From contig OZ024752.1 of assembly GCA_964016885.1 (NCBI GenBank), positions 49,414,001 to 49,478,000 on the forward strand: 64,000 nt of DNA, given 5' to 3'. The notes beneath the pieces were generated by a model. That model saw nothing but the letters and a program-made list of their open reading frames with translations, searched no databases and was not told the origin of the DNA. Of the stretch, positions 1 to 15,091 are shown piece after piece; within the stretch, counting starts at the first letter, position 1; the number at the start of each line of letters is the position of its first letter. Origin of the DNA: Eledone cirrhosa. Lineage: Eukaryota. A program made the translations under genes and the position numbers.

Positions 1-58
1 ATTGGTCGGACCATACTTGTAACTCTGTGTATTATTTACATGTAGGAACACATACTTT

Positions 59-92
<34 letters not shown>

Positions 93-97
<5 letters not shown>

Positions 98-193
98 GTC
101 CCAAAACAATGTATATACACTTCAACAGCATTCTGATAAATATTGCCTGTATATGTAATCAAAGTGTGTATACATTTTTGGGGAACACCCTGT
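93..193. mobile_element. Tc1/mariner-type MITE
   Basis: TIRs agggtgtcccaaaa..tgtatatacactt / aagtgtgtatacatttttggggaacaccct, TA flanks. Related copy at 4181-4263. Confidence 0.65.
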
Positions 194-317
194 ATATATA
201 TATATAAATATTTTAAAATAATTATCTTTCTTCTATGAGGTGTTTGTATATACAAACAGACATATATATATATATATCATCTTACATTAGTTAATTTCAG
301 TTTATGTATATATATAT

Positions 318-459
<142 letters not shown>

Positions 460-1931
460 ATATATATGATTAGACTGTGTTAGTTCATCACCAATACGTT
501 ATATACAACAGTGATTATGAATAAACGGAGAGAATTATAACCCCTTAACTTCTACTTCATTATTATACACATCCAAAAGTAGAATTAATTATTATACACA
601 TACATACATATATATATATATATGTATGTGTATATTTATATATATATATATCCACTCTCAAGCATGAACCTAATACTAACACTTTGTACTGCACTCTTTG
701 TTATTGTTTTTGTTTTCTTTTTTAACTATATATATGTATACCCCACTCTCAAGAGCGTGAAACTAATAAACATTTGTTCGTACTGCCTCTCTGTTTTGTT
801 CTCGTTCAATTTTTCACTATATATATATATATATGGCCCCATTTACTTAAAATCTACTACTACTGCTACTACTATTACTACTGCTATTACTTCTACTACT
901 ACTAACAAGCCATCTGCCTGCTTTTAGTTGTTTGTTCCCTAGCTTATTTGTGGATCTGTTTTGGGGGATAAAGAAAGCTATGTTGTACCATTGAAACTCT
1001 TGTATATATGACTCCCCACCACCACCACCACTATCACCTCCATCGTTATTTGCATATTTATCTCATTTGTTTTAGGTGGCAGCAGTGGTGTAGGGGATGT
1101 GAGGGTGGGCCAGTCAATAATCAGAATAACTTATTGTGTGTGTATATATACACATATATATATATATATAACGTATATATATATATATCTATATATATAT
1201 ATCATCATCATCGTTTAACATCCATCTTCCATACATACATACATACATGTATTTATATATAGTGTGTGTATGTGTGTGTTTGGTTTTTGAAGAATATGGC
1301 ATTCTGCTATATAAGTGGATCAGAGTAGCGAAGTGCTGTTTCTTTCTCCTCCAATCACAATCTATTTTCAATTTCGCTTGTAGCTTAGAAGGTGGGTTTC
1401 TATCTAACCAATAGGAAGGGAATGTCATTGCCACTTCCCAGTGAGAGAAAAGCTTGTGGTTGTTATTGTCATCACTGTTGATGATGTTGTTGTTTGTTGC
1501 TGTTGCTGTTGTTGTTGTTGTTATTATTAGTTCTTTATAATTAATGAAGCTAGCGCCATTAAGATTGAACATGTAATAACCACTATATATTTATATTCTA
1601 CAAGATGGTTTTGAAGCATTGAATAATTGCCAGTGTGCGTATATATATGTGCCTGTATAAGCTCGTATGTATGTGCACCTGTGCTTGTATGCATGATTTT
1701 ATATGTACGTATATGTATGTATGTATGTGTACGTGTATGTATGCATGTCTTTAAGTGTACGTATGAGTATGTATGTATGTATGAATGTATGTACATATGT
1801 ATGTATGTATGTGCATTTGTGAACATATATAGTTGTATATGTGGATCTGTTAGTATATGTGTATGTATATATGTATGTGTGAATGTGTGTTTATATGTAT
1901 GTGAGAGAGAGTATTTATATAGTATAGTATC

Positions 1932-1981
<50 letters not shown>

Positions 1982-2052
1982 TTTTGTGTGTGTATACAAG
2001 TGTTTAATTTTGTTCTTTTATTTTAAAAGTTTACATATTTTACTATCTTTAA

Positions 2053-2284
2053 CCCTTTCATGGCTGCATTTCTAATGAAATATACTTTATTTTAATTAAT
2101 TGATAAAGAATTTCGATGGATTTACTAAAATAATTAACTAGTTCATTAGTAAGATAGTAACTTAATGTAATGTTGTTATATAAAATTATATTAGAAGATT
2201 TTAATTTAAATTTGAAACCTTTAAAATTGGTGATTTTATTTCATAGAACCAGAACCAGTTTTGTCTGGTTTGGTAAATAAAGGG
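2053..2284. mobile_element. Degenerate piggyBac-type MITE (second family)
   Basis: TTAA|cccttt ... aaaggg|TTAA. Related copies at ~13878-14144 and ~38621-38871. Confidence 0.6.
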
Positions 2285-2868
2285 TTAAACTTTTTCATTT
2301 CTTTTGAATCAATTCTTATTGTCATCATCATTATTATTAACCTTATAGCAAGGGTCTTGAACTGGCAGAATCCTTAGGGACTCAGATGAAATGAATTGCA
2401 GTGTTATGTTACAGTCCTCTGTGTTTTGGTTTCAAATCCTGTCGAGATCGCTTTTCAATTTCATCCTTCTGGATTTGATAAAATAAATTATCAGTAAAGT
2501 AGGGAGTCAGTTTAATTGACTTTTCCCTCTACTCTAATTACTGGCCTTGTGCCTAAATTAGAAATCATCATCATGATTATTATTATTATTATTATTATTA
2601 TTATTGTCTTGTTATAACCTTTTAACATGGCCAAAACCCACTTTGTATTGTCCTGTACCGTTCTGTGCCATCTGTAATGTTTTTCTTCATGTTAGCCCTT
2701 GTGGCCTATAAAGAAACCATTATCATTATTATTATTATTATCATAATAAAGAATCATATACTTCCTCATTCTCTGATCCCTTCTAGCCCCCCCCCCCCAA
2801 CTTTTCATGTTGGCAACCTGTCAGTCCTTTCAAGTTACATCATTGTATGTAGTTAGTAATATCTGTTG

Positions 2869-3337
2869 TAGGGATGATGGCTTACATATATACAGATCAT
2901 AGTATGTAGCTAGTAATATAGTAATGATGGCTTATATACATACATATCATAGTATGTAGCTAGTAATATAGGGATGATGGCTTACATCTATACACATCAT
3001 AGTATGTAGCTAGTAATATAGGGATGATGGCTTACATACACACACATTATAGTTTGTAGCTAACAATATAGTGACGATGGCTTACATATATACACATTCT
3101 AGTATGTAGCTAGCAATATAGGGATGATGGTTTACATACATACACATTATAGTATGTAGCTAGTAATATAGGGATGATGGCTTACATACATACACATTAT
3201 AGTTTGTAGCTAGTAATATAGGGATGATGGCTTACATACGCACACATGATAGTTTGTAGCTAGCAGTATAGTGATGATGGCTTGCATACGCACACATGAT
3301 AGTTTGTAGCTAGCGGTATAGTGATGATGGCTTGCAT
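2869..3337. repeat. 50-bp minisatellite, ~9.3 copies
   Basis: gggatgatggcttacata...gtagctagtaatata recurs at 2871, 2921 ... 3321. Confidence 0.95.
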
Positions 3338-3792
3338 ATATATATATATTAGTGTTTAAAAAGTAGTGTTGATGTGTTATCATTCATCTGTAGGAGACTG
3401 ATATGTTCACCTCCACATTGGTATCCGTATTTAAAGCCACAACCTCACCTTCTGCTGCCAAACATAGCAGCAGTGGGTTAGCTATTTATATATATATATG
3501 AAATGGTTGCATTTGGGTGCATATGTTGCAGCTAGTGTTTTACATAAACTGTTTGCATGATGTGAGCATGTGTAATATGATAGGAATATAATAACCTGTA
3601 GAGGCGGGGGGGATGGGACTACATCGAGGGATGAAAGTTTAGTGTTGAGGTCCACGTGGAGACAATATCCTAGTATGTGTATGTGACTGTTTCATTTGTT
3701 ATTAACATATGGACTACCTTTCTAAACTACGGCACCTCCTGGCATACATCAGGAATTCACCTATATATATACATATACATATACATACACAT

Positions 3793-3827
<35 letters not shown>

Positions 3828-4050
3828 CATATATATAAGTAATGACAAAACAAACAACACAATACATGTAAGAAATACATTAGTTTAACACTTGAAATAG
3901 CAGGAAGAGTGTCTTAACATTTTGGACACTAGTCCTTCATGTATGTATACACACACACACACATTTGTGTATATCATCATCATCATCATCATCACCGTTT
4001 TACGTCCGCTCTTCCACGCTAGCATGGGTTAGACGATATATATATATAAG

Positions 4051-4174
4051 TTTATCTCGGGTTCAATCGGGGGTAACGACAGTAAGTAAGGTACTCAATA
4101 CATAGCAGAGTATAAATATTTAATATAGAAATGGCTTCTACAAGACTAGAACTGTTTCATTCGAAGGAAATCAT
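4051..4174 (-). mobile_element. H2-family element, truncated within the ribozyme core
   Basis: Reverse complement atgatttccttcgaatGAAACAGttctagtc... plus the family 3' segment. Further copies at ~29355-29452(-), ~47688-47745(+) and ~58283-58337(+). Confidence 0.55.
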
Positions 4175-4321
4175 ATATAAACAGGATGAGCCCCCAAAAA
4201 TGTATACATATTTCAACAGCTTTCTAATCAAAGTATGTATATATGTTCTTGGGACACCCTGTATATATATATATTATATATATATACATATATATATATT
4301 TATATATATATATATATATTT

Positions 4322-4367
<46 letters not shown>

Positions 4368-4375
4368 ATTTATAC

Positions 4376-4409
<34 letters not shown>

Positions 4410-4417
4410 ATTTATAC

Positions 4418-4453
<36 letters not shown>

Positions 4454-4461
4454 ATTTATAC

Positions 4462-4497
<36 letters not shown>

Positions 4498-4505
4498 ATT
4501 TATAC

Positions 4506-4537
<32 letters not shown>

Positions 4538-4545
4538 ATTTATAC

Positions 4546-4579
<34 letters not shown>

Positions 4580-5008
4580 ATTTATACATATATTTATATA
4601 TATATATATACATATATTTATATATATATATATATATACATATATTTATATATACATATATTTATATATACATATATACATATATTTATATATATATATA
4701 TACATATATTTATATATATATATACATATATTTATATATATATATACATATATTTATATATATATATACATATATTTATATATATATATACATATATATA
4801 CATATATTTATATATATATTTATACATATATACATATATATATATTTATATATATACATATATACATATATATATATTTATATATATACATATATACATA
4901 TATTTATATATATATATATACATATATATACATATATTTATATATATATTTATACATATATACATATATATATATTTATATATATACATATATACATATA
5001 TATATATT

Positions 5009-5039
<31 letters not shown>

Positions 5040-5549
5040 TTATATATATATATAAATATATATATATATACATATATATATATTTATATATATATATATA
5101 CAAGAGTAGAATTTGGTAGCAGAAAAGAACTTTCATTCTTACACACCCCACCTGTTTCAGGTGGGGTGTGTAGTTGCAATCAGGCACATATACCATGTCC
5201 ACCCTTGTACACTTAATTCAGTTGATCATCAGAGATATAAAGAGCCAGGGGTTATAATAGGGGGGATGTATCTAGCAAAGCCATTACATGGTAGAAACGG
5301 GTTTTATTTGAATGTCCCCTTTAGCTATTCCCTCTCTCTCGTACAGTGTATATTATATAGTGTTCTGCAGATCTAAACAGTTTTATCGGTTGGGTCACTG
5401 TAGTCTGCTAAATATTGCTGCTACTACTGCTGCCGCCGTCACTGCCGTTGTTGCTGCTACTGCTGCTGTTGGTGATGGTCATGGTGTTGGTCTGTGACTG
5501 CTTATTAGCCATAACTATAGCATATCAAGCCCGATTGTTCACAGCTAAC

Positions 5550-5652
<103 letters not shown>

Positions 5653-5835
5653 ATCTATATATATATATATATATATCTATCTATCTATATATATATGTAT
5701 ATATATCTATCTATCTATATATATATGTATATATATCTATCTATCTATATATATATATGCATATATATCTATATATCTATATATATATATATAAATATAT
5801 ATATACACATGTATATACATGTATATATATATCTA

Positions 5836-5876
<41 letters not shown>

Positions 5877-5897
5877 GTATATATATCTAGATACATC

Positions 5898-5952
<55 letters not shown>

Positions 5953-6706
5953 AAAAATTGAACGGGAACAAAACAGAGAGGCAGTACGAACAAAGGTTTA
6001 TTAGTTTCACGCTCTTGAGAGTGGGGTGGTGATATATACACATGTATATATATCTAGATACATCTATGTATATATATATATATACACACACATATGTATA
6101 TATGTATATATATGTGTGTATACATACATATATATATATATATATATAATTATTATTAAATCCAGTGTAATTCAGTCCACATCAATATATCCCCAGTACC
6201 TCCACTCCCCCATTCCTCCACGCCTCCATATACATATTGATTAATCAGTTTCCCATACCCCCCCCTATTCACTCCCCCACCCACCCACACACACAAACGC
6301 TCTCCCCGCACCCCCACCCACCCACCCACCCACCCACACAACTCAATATATTATTCAAATAACAAATTTTAATTCCTTTTATTACTATGTATACATATGC
6401 ATATACATATATATATATATATACAAACACACACACACACACACACATACACACACACACATACACACACACACATATATATATATACATATATATATGT
6501 TGCTGTTTGATAGGTGTCTTTGACTTTAGTTATAAAAAACAGTGGGAGTAGTTTCAGTAGTTACAAGGATGCTTGGAAGCAATTCTTCTATCCATTGTTT
6601 TCCTTTATTTTTTACTTTGCTTTGTTTAATTATTTGTATATATATATATGTATGTATATATATATGTATATATATGTGTGTATATATATATATATACATA
6701 TGTATA

Positions 6707-6791
<85 letters not shown>

Positions 6792-6996
6792 CTTCTTTTA
6801 ATTTGTTTCAACTTCGTCATAGTCTTCTTTGCTGTTGTTGTTGTTGTTGCTGTTGTTGTTGTTGAATTAAATATATAATTTATAATTTATAAATCGATTT
6901 TTTGAAATATTAGAAAATGCTATTTACAAAAAAAAAAAATAACAAAACCAGCCTTTTGATTAGGTTATGCTCAGTATATGTATGTATGTGTGTGGG

Positions 6997-7038
<42 letters not shown>

Positions 7039-7119
7039 TGTGTGTGAGTGTATATGTATGTGTGAGTTTATATGTATGCGTGAGAGTATGTGTATATATG
7101 AAAATATATATATATATAT

Positions 7120-7297
7120 ATAGAAGAGATTCTATAGGACTAGAACTGTTTCATTCGTGAGAAATCATCAGAGATTCCTGAATGAAACAGTTCTAGTCCT
7201 GTAGAATCTCTTCTATATTAAAACTTTTATACTCTACTATGTATTGAGTACCTTACTTACTGTGGTTACCTCCGATTCAACCCGGAATAACTTACCT
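7120..7297 (+). mobile_element. H2-family element with inverted duplication
   Basis: Near-identical to 59692-59878. The minus arm has CTGATGA..GAAA; the plus arm has a deletion in the core. Confidence 0.65.
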
Positions 7298-8605
7298 ATA
7301 TATATATACACACACCTATACATATATATAAATATACACATTATATATATATATATATATATATATTAGTGGTCAACTATTGTTGTACTCATTTGCTTTG
7401 AAACACCTACATTTCAAATTTCATACTTTTCCAATGCTTTCTAAGTTGAACAGTTGTTTATGTATGTATGTATAGATACATGTATATATATATATATATA
7501 TATTGTGTGTGTGTGTGTATATATGTAAATACATGCATAGGTATATGTATATGCATGTATATATATATAATGTGTCTGTGTATATATATATAATGTGTGT
7601 GTGTGTGTATATATATGTATACACTTATATATATATATATATAATGTGTCTGTGTATATATATGTATACACTTATATATATATATATATAATATGTCTGT
7701 GTATATATATATAATGTGTGTGTGTATATATATGTATACACTTATATATATATATAATGTCTGTGTATATATATGTATACACTTATATATATATATATAT
7801 ATATATAATGTGTCTGTGTATATATATATAATGTGTGTGTGTATATATATGTATACACTTATATATATATATATAATGTGTGTGTATATGTATACACTTA
7901 CAGATGTATGTATATATATGTGTATATATCTATGTGTGTGTGTGTGGGTGGTACTCAAAGATCAGAGCATGTTCAATCCCGAATATAATTTGGTTTTACT
8001 TCTTTGAATAAACAAATTTTTGATTGGCATATTGATTTAAATTGCTGCTGCACCCCCCCCCCCCCCCCATCATCTCCATCAACCACCACTACTACCAGCA
8101 CATCTATCACCATCACCATCACCACCACTACCCCTACCACCTTCACCATCACCTCCTCCACCACCATCACTACTACTACCACTTTCAACACCACCATCGC
8201 CACTACTACCACCATCACCTCCATCACCTCCATCACCACCATCACCTCCATCACCACCACTACTACTACCATCAAACATCACCATCACCACAACTACTAT
8301 CACCACCACCACTACTACTACTACCACCATCACCACCACCACCACTACCGCTACAACCATCCCCACTACTACTACCACCATCCCCACTTCCACCACCATC
8401 CCCACTACCACCATCCCCACTACCACCATCACCACCACCACCACTACTACCACCATCCTACCACCACCACTACTACTCTATGTAGGTGAGGAAGGGAATC
8501 TCTTTTGCTATTGATTATGATTATTACTCAATCATTCAATCAATTAAAGAATATTTATTTATTTATTTATTTATTTAGATATTAATGACTTCCATGTAAA
8601 GTGTG

Positions 8606-9093
8606 AGAAATAAACTCAGGTATGAGAGAGTTTGTTAGTTAGATACCTGTATGAAATAAACTCAGGTATGAGAAAGTTAATTAGATACCTGTATGAAATA
8701 AACTCAGGTATAAGAGAGTTTGTTAGTTAGATACCTGTATGAAATAAACTCAGGTATAAGAGAGTTTGTTAGTTAGATACCTGTATGAAATAAACTCAGG
8801 TATGAGAAAGTTAATTAGATACCTGTATGAAATAAACTCAGGTATAAGAGAGTTTGTTAGTTAGATACCTGTATGAAATAAACTCAGGTATAAGAGAGTT
8901 TGTTAGTTAGATACCTGTATGAAATAAACTCAGGTATGAGAAAGTTAATTAGATACCTGTATGAAATAAACTCAGGTATAAGAGAGTTTGTTAGTTAGAT
9001 ACCTGTATGAAATAAACTCAGGTATAAGAGAGTTTGTTAGTTAGATACCTGTATGAAATAAACTCAGGTATGAGAAAGTTCGTTAGATACCTC
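8606..9093. repeat. 42/46-bp minisatellite with a 134-bp higher-order period
   Basis: Units start at 8649(42), 8691(46), 8737(46), 8783(42), 8825, 8871, 8917(42), 8959, 9005, 9051. Confidence 0.95.
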
Positions 9094-9099
9094 CATGAA

Positions 9100-9320
9100 C
9101 CCTTTAGCATCTAAATTATTCTATATTTACTATTATATTTTCATGGTAAAGTCTTTACCTCACATGATTATCTCACATAATATTGAATCTATGAGATTTT
9201 GATATCATTTATTTTGAGAACAATACCTTAACCTCAGTATGAGTAGCAAATTACAGCTGATTTTAACAGAAAGAAGTGAGAGAATTCTGGCCAGCTATGG
9301 CTGGTTTAAATACTAAAGGG
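9100..9320. mobile_element. piggyBac-type MITE inserted in a minisatellite
   Basis: TGAA|ccctttagcatctaaa ... tttaaatactaaaggg|TTAA; the satellite unit resumes afterwards. Confidence 0.7.
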
Positions 9321-9499
9321 TTAAATAAACTGAGGTATGAGAGAGTTTGTTAATCAGTTACCTACATCAAATAAAATGTGTTATGGGAGATTTTTGGAAA
9401 ATCATATAAGGTTCCATTACAAAATAAGTTTGTGAATGTAATTCTGTGTTGTGAATGTATTAAATGCACCATTTGTTATTCTGCATACACCTTTGTGTT

Positions 9500-9895
9500 C
9501 ATCATCATCATCACTGTTTTACGTCTGTTCTTCCAAACTAGCATGGGTTAGATGGGTTGTTTCTGTTGTGGGCAGTGTCCAGTCGGCTGACCTTGTCTTG
9601 CTCATACGGGAACTGATTCTGGCTTGATTTCTACAGCTGGATGCCCTTCCTAACACCAACCTCATTTACAGTGAGTGCTGGGTGCTTTCTTTTGCCGTGG
9701 CACCTCCACGACCACTTTGCAGTGGAATGATAGGGACCCCAGTCCCTATCATCTCATTTCTACAGCTGAGTAAACTGGAGCAATGTGAAATAAACTGTCT
9801 TGCTCAAGGAAACAACACATCACCCAGTCTGGGAATTGAACTCACAACCTTTCGATTGCAAGCCCGATGCTCTAACCACTAAGCCATGTGCCTCC
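9500..9895 (-). mobile_element. SINE family B with alternative longer tail
   Basis: Same head and body; tail ..ggacactgcccacaac..aacccatgctag..gacgtaaaacagtgatgatg, also at 57144-57346(+). Confidence 0.85.
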
Positions 9896-9984
9896 ATATA
9901 TATATATATATATTGTTTGAGGGCTCTTTCCTCACAACCCTCTCAGGATTAAGTGGGAGAAGATCAAATATAATATATATATAT

Positions 9985-10270
9985 CTTATATTTCCTGAGA
10001 GGATGTGAGGGAAGAGTCCTCAAACACTCCCTCCAGAGGGTCCTGTTAGAAGCAACCGTCTCCAACTGATCCGGCTGGATCCCCAAGCATGACCATCCAA
10101 GCTCATGGATGTTATCCAACCATCTTGCTCGGGGTCTACCCCTGGGTCTCCTACCTATTGGTTTCACCCGTAAAATCTGTCCAGAGATTCTTTCCCAAGA
10201 CATTCTAACCACATGTCTATAGTATCGGAGCTGTGATCTCTCAATTCAGAGAAGTAGGGGCTCTACCTGA
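9985..10270 (-). mobile_element. RTE-clade (Expander/Rex3-like) LINE 3' fragment
   Basis: VEPLLL*IERSQLRYYRHVVRM..GRRPRGRPRARWLDNIHELGWSCLGIQPDQLE..LWRECLRTLP; in-frame stop. Confidence 0.8.
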
Positions 10271-10702
10271 TCAATAATAAAAATGATATAAAAGGCGTCA
10301 GTCTATATTGATCATTTGTTAATTTTCCTTCACCTTTATTACAAACACATGGTATCAGTGGTTGATAAGGTACACAACCCATCCCAGCTTGCATCAGGTT
10401 GAATCTGATATGTCAAGCTATCACCCAAAACCAGTTCACAAGTTAAACAGTGTGGAAGGATCTGTTTTAACACATTTATTCCTTGCAAGCAGGGAAAAGC
10501 GGATGTAAAATTATGATGATGATGAAAATGATGAGATGCTGTGATGAAGAGGACCTGTCCCACCCTTGCAAACAGGGAAAAGAGGACGTATGATGATGAT
10601 GATGATGATGATTACAGAGCAAAAGGTTCCTAACACTTTACATATCAATCTAATCTCAACTAAAATGTTTGCAGTGTGTATTTTCCTCAACATTTTCGTA
10701 CT

Positions 10703-10932
10703 CTGCCACATGTGTCTGTCAGCTATGTTTCCTCTGCTACATGTGTTTGTCACCTATGTTTAATATGCTACATGTGTCTGTCACCTATGTTTATTCTGCC
10801 ACATGTACCTGTCGGCTAGGTTCATTCTGCCACATGTGCCTGTCGCCTATGTTTATTCTGCCACATGTGCTTGTCAGCTATGTTTATTCTACCACATGTG
10901 CCTGACACCTATGTTTCCTCTGCCACATGTGT
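10703..10932. repeat. 31-bp minisatellite, ~7 copies
   Basis: ctgccacatgtgtctgtcagctatgtttatt-type unit. Confidence 0.9.
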
Positions 10933-11617
10933 ATTTGTGTACCATATCTAATATTTCCCTCTCATCTAACACATTCTAACTAGAACATTCTTATTCCATT
11001 TACTCCACATGTATGCTCTGTTATCACAAAAAACATGTAATTCAGTCAAATAAACTATTTACATGAAAAATAATTGTTTCTACTTTTGGTGCAAGGCCAG
11101 CAATTATCCCAGTGTATTACTGGTACTTTATTTTATCGACCCTGTAAGGATGAAAGGCAAAGTTAACCTTGGCGGGATTTACATGAAAAATGATATACAA
11201 TACAATTAATTCGATACACATACATAACTACAGGGCAATATACTTTCTTTCGGATATTGGAAGTGGTTATATTAGTTAGAAATGACATATATGTATTTAA
11301 ACCCTTTCATATCAAACTGCATGAAGCTGTTTATTTCGAGGTGCTTATATTTATCTGAAAACTTACCATCATAATTTTATGTAAGAACCTTTAACCCTTT
11401 AGCATTTACGTTACTCTATATTTACTATTTATTCTATATTTATTATTACTAAAAAAAAGCTTTACTTCACATAATATCGAATCTATGAGATTTTGATATT
11501 ATTTATTTTAAGAACAATACTTTAATATCAGTATGAGTGGCCAGTTACAGGTGAGAGAATTCTGAGAAAAAATATCTTTTTTGTTTAATATTGTGGTGGT
11601 GAAATATTTCTTTTAAT

Positions 11618-11803
11618 AATTGTTTCTACTTTTGGCACAAGGCCAGCAATTACCCAGTGCATTACTGGTACTTTATTTTATCGACCCCGTAAGGATGAAA
11701 GGCAGAGTTAACCTCAGCAGGATTTTAACTCAGAATGGCAAGGGTCATAACTCTATGCATCAAAGCATGGCGTCCGACCCTCTACCGATACTGCCAATCC
11801 ACC
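11618..11803 (-). mobile_element. SINE family A
   Basis: Full-length reverse copy. Partial copy at 11071-11180(-); degraded copies at ~2355-2565(+) and ~13498-13690(-). Confidence 0.85.
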
Positions 11804-11922
11804 ATAATAATGTAAAAGAATGTGAGATAATAGGTTGTATATTAGATGTGACTCTTTTTGTGATATATAACTTTGATAGGTTTCGGCCAGTATTGGCCCA
11901 GGCCATGTCTAACTTAATATAC

Positions 11923-11962
<40 letters not shown>

Positions 11963-12172
11963 GTATATATATAGCAATATCCATAGATGTGAAAAAGGGA
12001 AAAAGAAAACAGCGCTAAGTCAGGAAGAGGGCAAAAATATTATATTATTTATTTATGTTCATACATGAAACAAAAGTGGTACTTAAGGTTTCAAGGCCCA
12101 AATTTGACCATACCTCCAAAAAACATGAGGCCTCAAAATAGTGACCTTCCTTCAGGTGCTAATACAAGTTTA

Positions 12173-12222
<50 letters not shown>

Positions 12223-12342
12223 GGGAAGTAATGTTCTATACAAAACAGTGGATATAGAGAAAAGGTGAAGTTAGAAATAACATGGAAAATATATTTAAGG
12301 GTCTGTTTTTCTATTTTTATCCTTTCTTTGATTCGTCAAAGT

Positions 12343-12398
<56 letters not shown>

Positions 12399-13264
12399 AT
12401 CTGATTGCATTTATCATAATATCAAAAATATATTCGACTTTATTAATTTGAATTGTAAACAGATGAGTTAGTTACAATAATTTCTTTATTTTCATTTAAT
12501 TGTATTTAAATTTGTTCAGAAATTTTGAAAATATTTAGTTTAATTTCAGTTGAAAATTATAGGCAGAGTTTTTCATTAGAACTATGGAGATGAAAAAGAT
12601 TAGAAGCTTCCATCATAATTTTATGCGAGAGCCTTTATTAAGCTGTGTTCCAAAACAACACAAAAATAATGCAAAATTTAGTTAAAATACTAAATCTTTT
12701 TCAAATTCCTAATTATTTTCAAACTGAAAATTATGTGAAAATTATAGGCAATATCTTTCATTAGAAATTTATAGGAAAATATCGAGTTAATCTTCAACTT
12801 GTTATAAAGGATTAAAAATAAAATCCTAAAATGAAATTTTAATTAAGAATAAGAATAAGAAGACGAAGAATAAGAAGAAATTTTAATTGAAATAGAAAAT
12901 ATTACAAGAGAACTCTAAGAAATCCTGTTTACTTAAATATTTTTTAATTTCTTATTTTAGTTTATATGGGGACTAGGTCTAAATAAGTATTATTTTGTTT
13001 ATCTGGGGTGGGTCCATTTTGTTGTTGTGGGCTGAAATAAATAGGGATCAGTCAAAGTAAATTCTTCCAGTTGGGTTGTTTGTTTTTGTTTGTTTCATCT
13101 AGCAATATTTTTAGATTTTTTTTTTGGTGGGGGGGGGGGGGGGGGTCACTATGGCGATTATTTTGTTTGAAGAAGTTTCCATGACAACAACAAGTTACAA
13201 GTTTTTCTACAAAGAGGTTTTAGTGTAGAGGAAATGGTGACATTTAGCTATGGAAATAATTGTT

Positions 13265-13300
<36 letters not shown>

Positions 13301-14547
13301 TAATGATTTCTTTATTGGCCACAAGGGCTGACATTAAGAAAAACATTACAGACGGCACAGGACGGTACGATGTGGGTTTTGTGCGTGTAAAGATTTTTAT
13401 TATTTATATAAGAAACGAAAAAGAATAAAGACATAGAAACATATATATATATATATAAACAATAAAAATGAAAATTCAAACAATAATAAAATAATAATAA
13501 TTGTTTCTACTAAAAGCACAAGGCCAGCAATTTTTTTTTTTTTTGGGGGGGGGGGGGGGGGAGTCGATTAAATCAACCCCAGTGTATTACTGGTACTTTA
13601 TTTTATCAACCTTAAAAAAATGTAAAGTTGACATGAATGTGAATTGAACTCCGACCATGAAAAACTGTAATTAAATAAGACAAGATGCTTTAACAATAAT
13701 AAAAATTGTGTACAGTGATCAGGTGCACTACAACTCATCAAAGGTGTATTTGTCTGACACTCTAACAAACAATAACAATAACAACAACAAATAACAAAAA
13801 TTGGAATAAAATATTTCAGTTATGTAAACTTTACCACAGAAAATTAATGTAAAACAGTAGCAATTAAGACATATTAACCGTTTCGTTACCAAATTACCTG
13901 AAACTACCCCAGGCCTTATACAGTTTTAAAACTGTTTGTTTAAAAAAAAAATATATATATAGCACAAAAATCTTCCATTATGTTTTTATTAAACAACCTG
14001 AACTTGTCAAATTATATTCCAAGCAGCAGGTTAATGATGGGAAAGGTAGTTATTTTACTAAATCTCTCAAACTTCTTCATTATTAATACAATTATCTGAA
14101 AATCCCAAGCAGTTTCCTTCTATCAGAAATCTGGTCATGGAATGGTTAACAAAAACATGAAAGGAAGCATAAGAAAATCATGGTGAAATGGAAATAAAAG
14201 ACTATTTCATCAAGAGTTTAACATATATCTGTATATACACATTCATAATCATCAACAGCACTAATACAGCATAATTCACAATTACTTTATATATATATAT
14301 TTAGTAATAATAATAAATGTGAAGACTAAAATCCGAAGAGGGTTTGATAAGGATAATATATATATAAGTATATATAAAAATCATAGAGCAAATATTTATT
14401 AAAATAACAGATTAAAGTTTAAGCAAAGAATTGCTGCTTTTACTCTTAACGTGATCTATACATATATACATATATACATATATAATGTTTATATATATAT
14501 ATACACATTTATATATATGCATTGTGTATATGTATTTATATGTATGA

Positions 14548-14594
<47 letters not shown>

Positions 14595-15007
14595 TACAGC
14601 ATATATAATTTATGATCACACCAGGCTTCAGTGTTTCCTTGCACTTGATTTCAGTCCTATTAAACATATTTAAAAATTAATTTCAATCTAACAAACCAAC
14701 TATTTTTAACTATGCGGAATATTTCTTTTCTGCCTCCGGCACTTTCCATTCTTAATTTAGATTTGAACCTTGTTTTTTGCTTTTTGTATTATGTAAGGCT
14801 ACTTTGCAAATATTTTTCATTTACGCACACATTCAGGCTCCTTGGCACACACATGCATACACGTACACACACATGCATACACGTACACACACGTGCACTT
14901 ACACCACGCTTGTCCCACGCTTGTCCTCTCTCACGTGTATACATATACATACACCCCACCACCACCAACACTAAATACACACATTCATACTAACACCCAT
15001 ACATATA

Positions 15008-15045
<38 letters not shown>

Positions 15046-15052
15046 CATGTAC

Positions 15053-15091
<39 letters not shown>

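Noticed and set aside
4131-5216. Long YI/IY-rich ORFs (also at 14842, 21052, 26116, 37193, 54803, 62006)
   Set aside because: Translations of (TA)n/(CA)n microsatellites that lack stop codons by composition; open in several frames on both strands.
12075-12160. Possible minus-strand hammerhead (CTGAAGG..GAAACcttaaGTA)
   Set aside because: The core deviates from CUGANGA and no stem I pairing was found.
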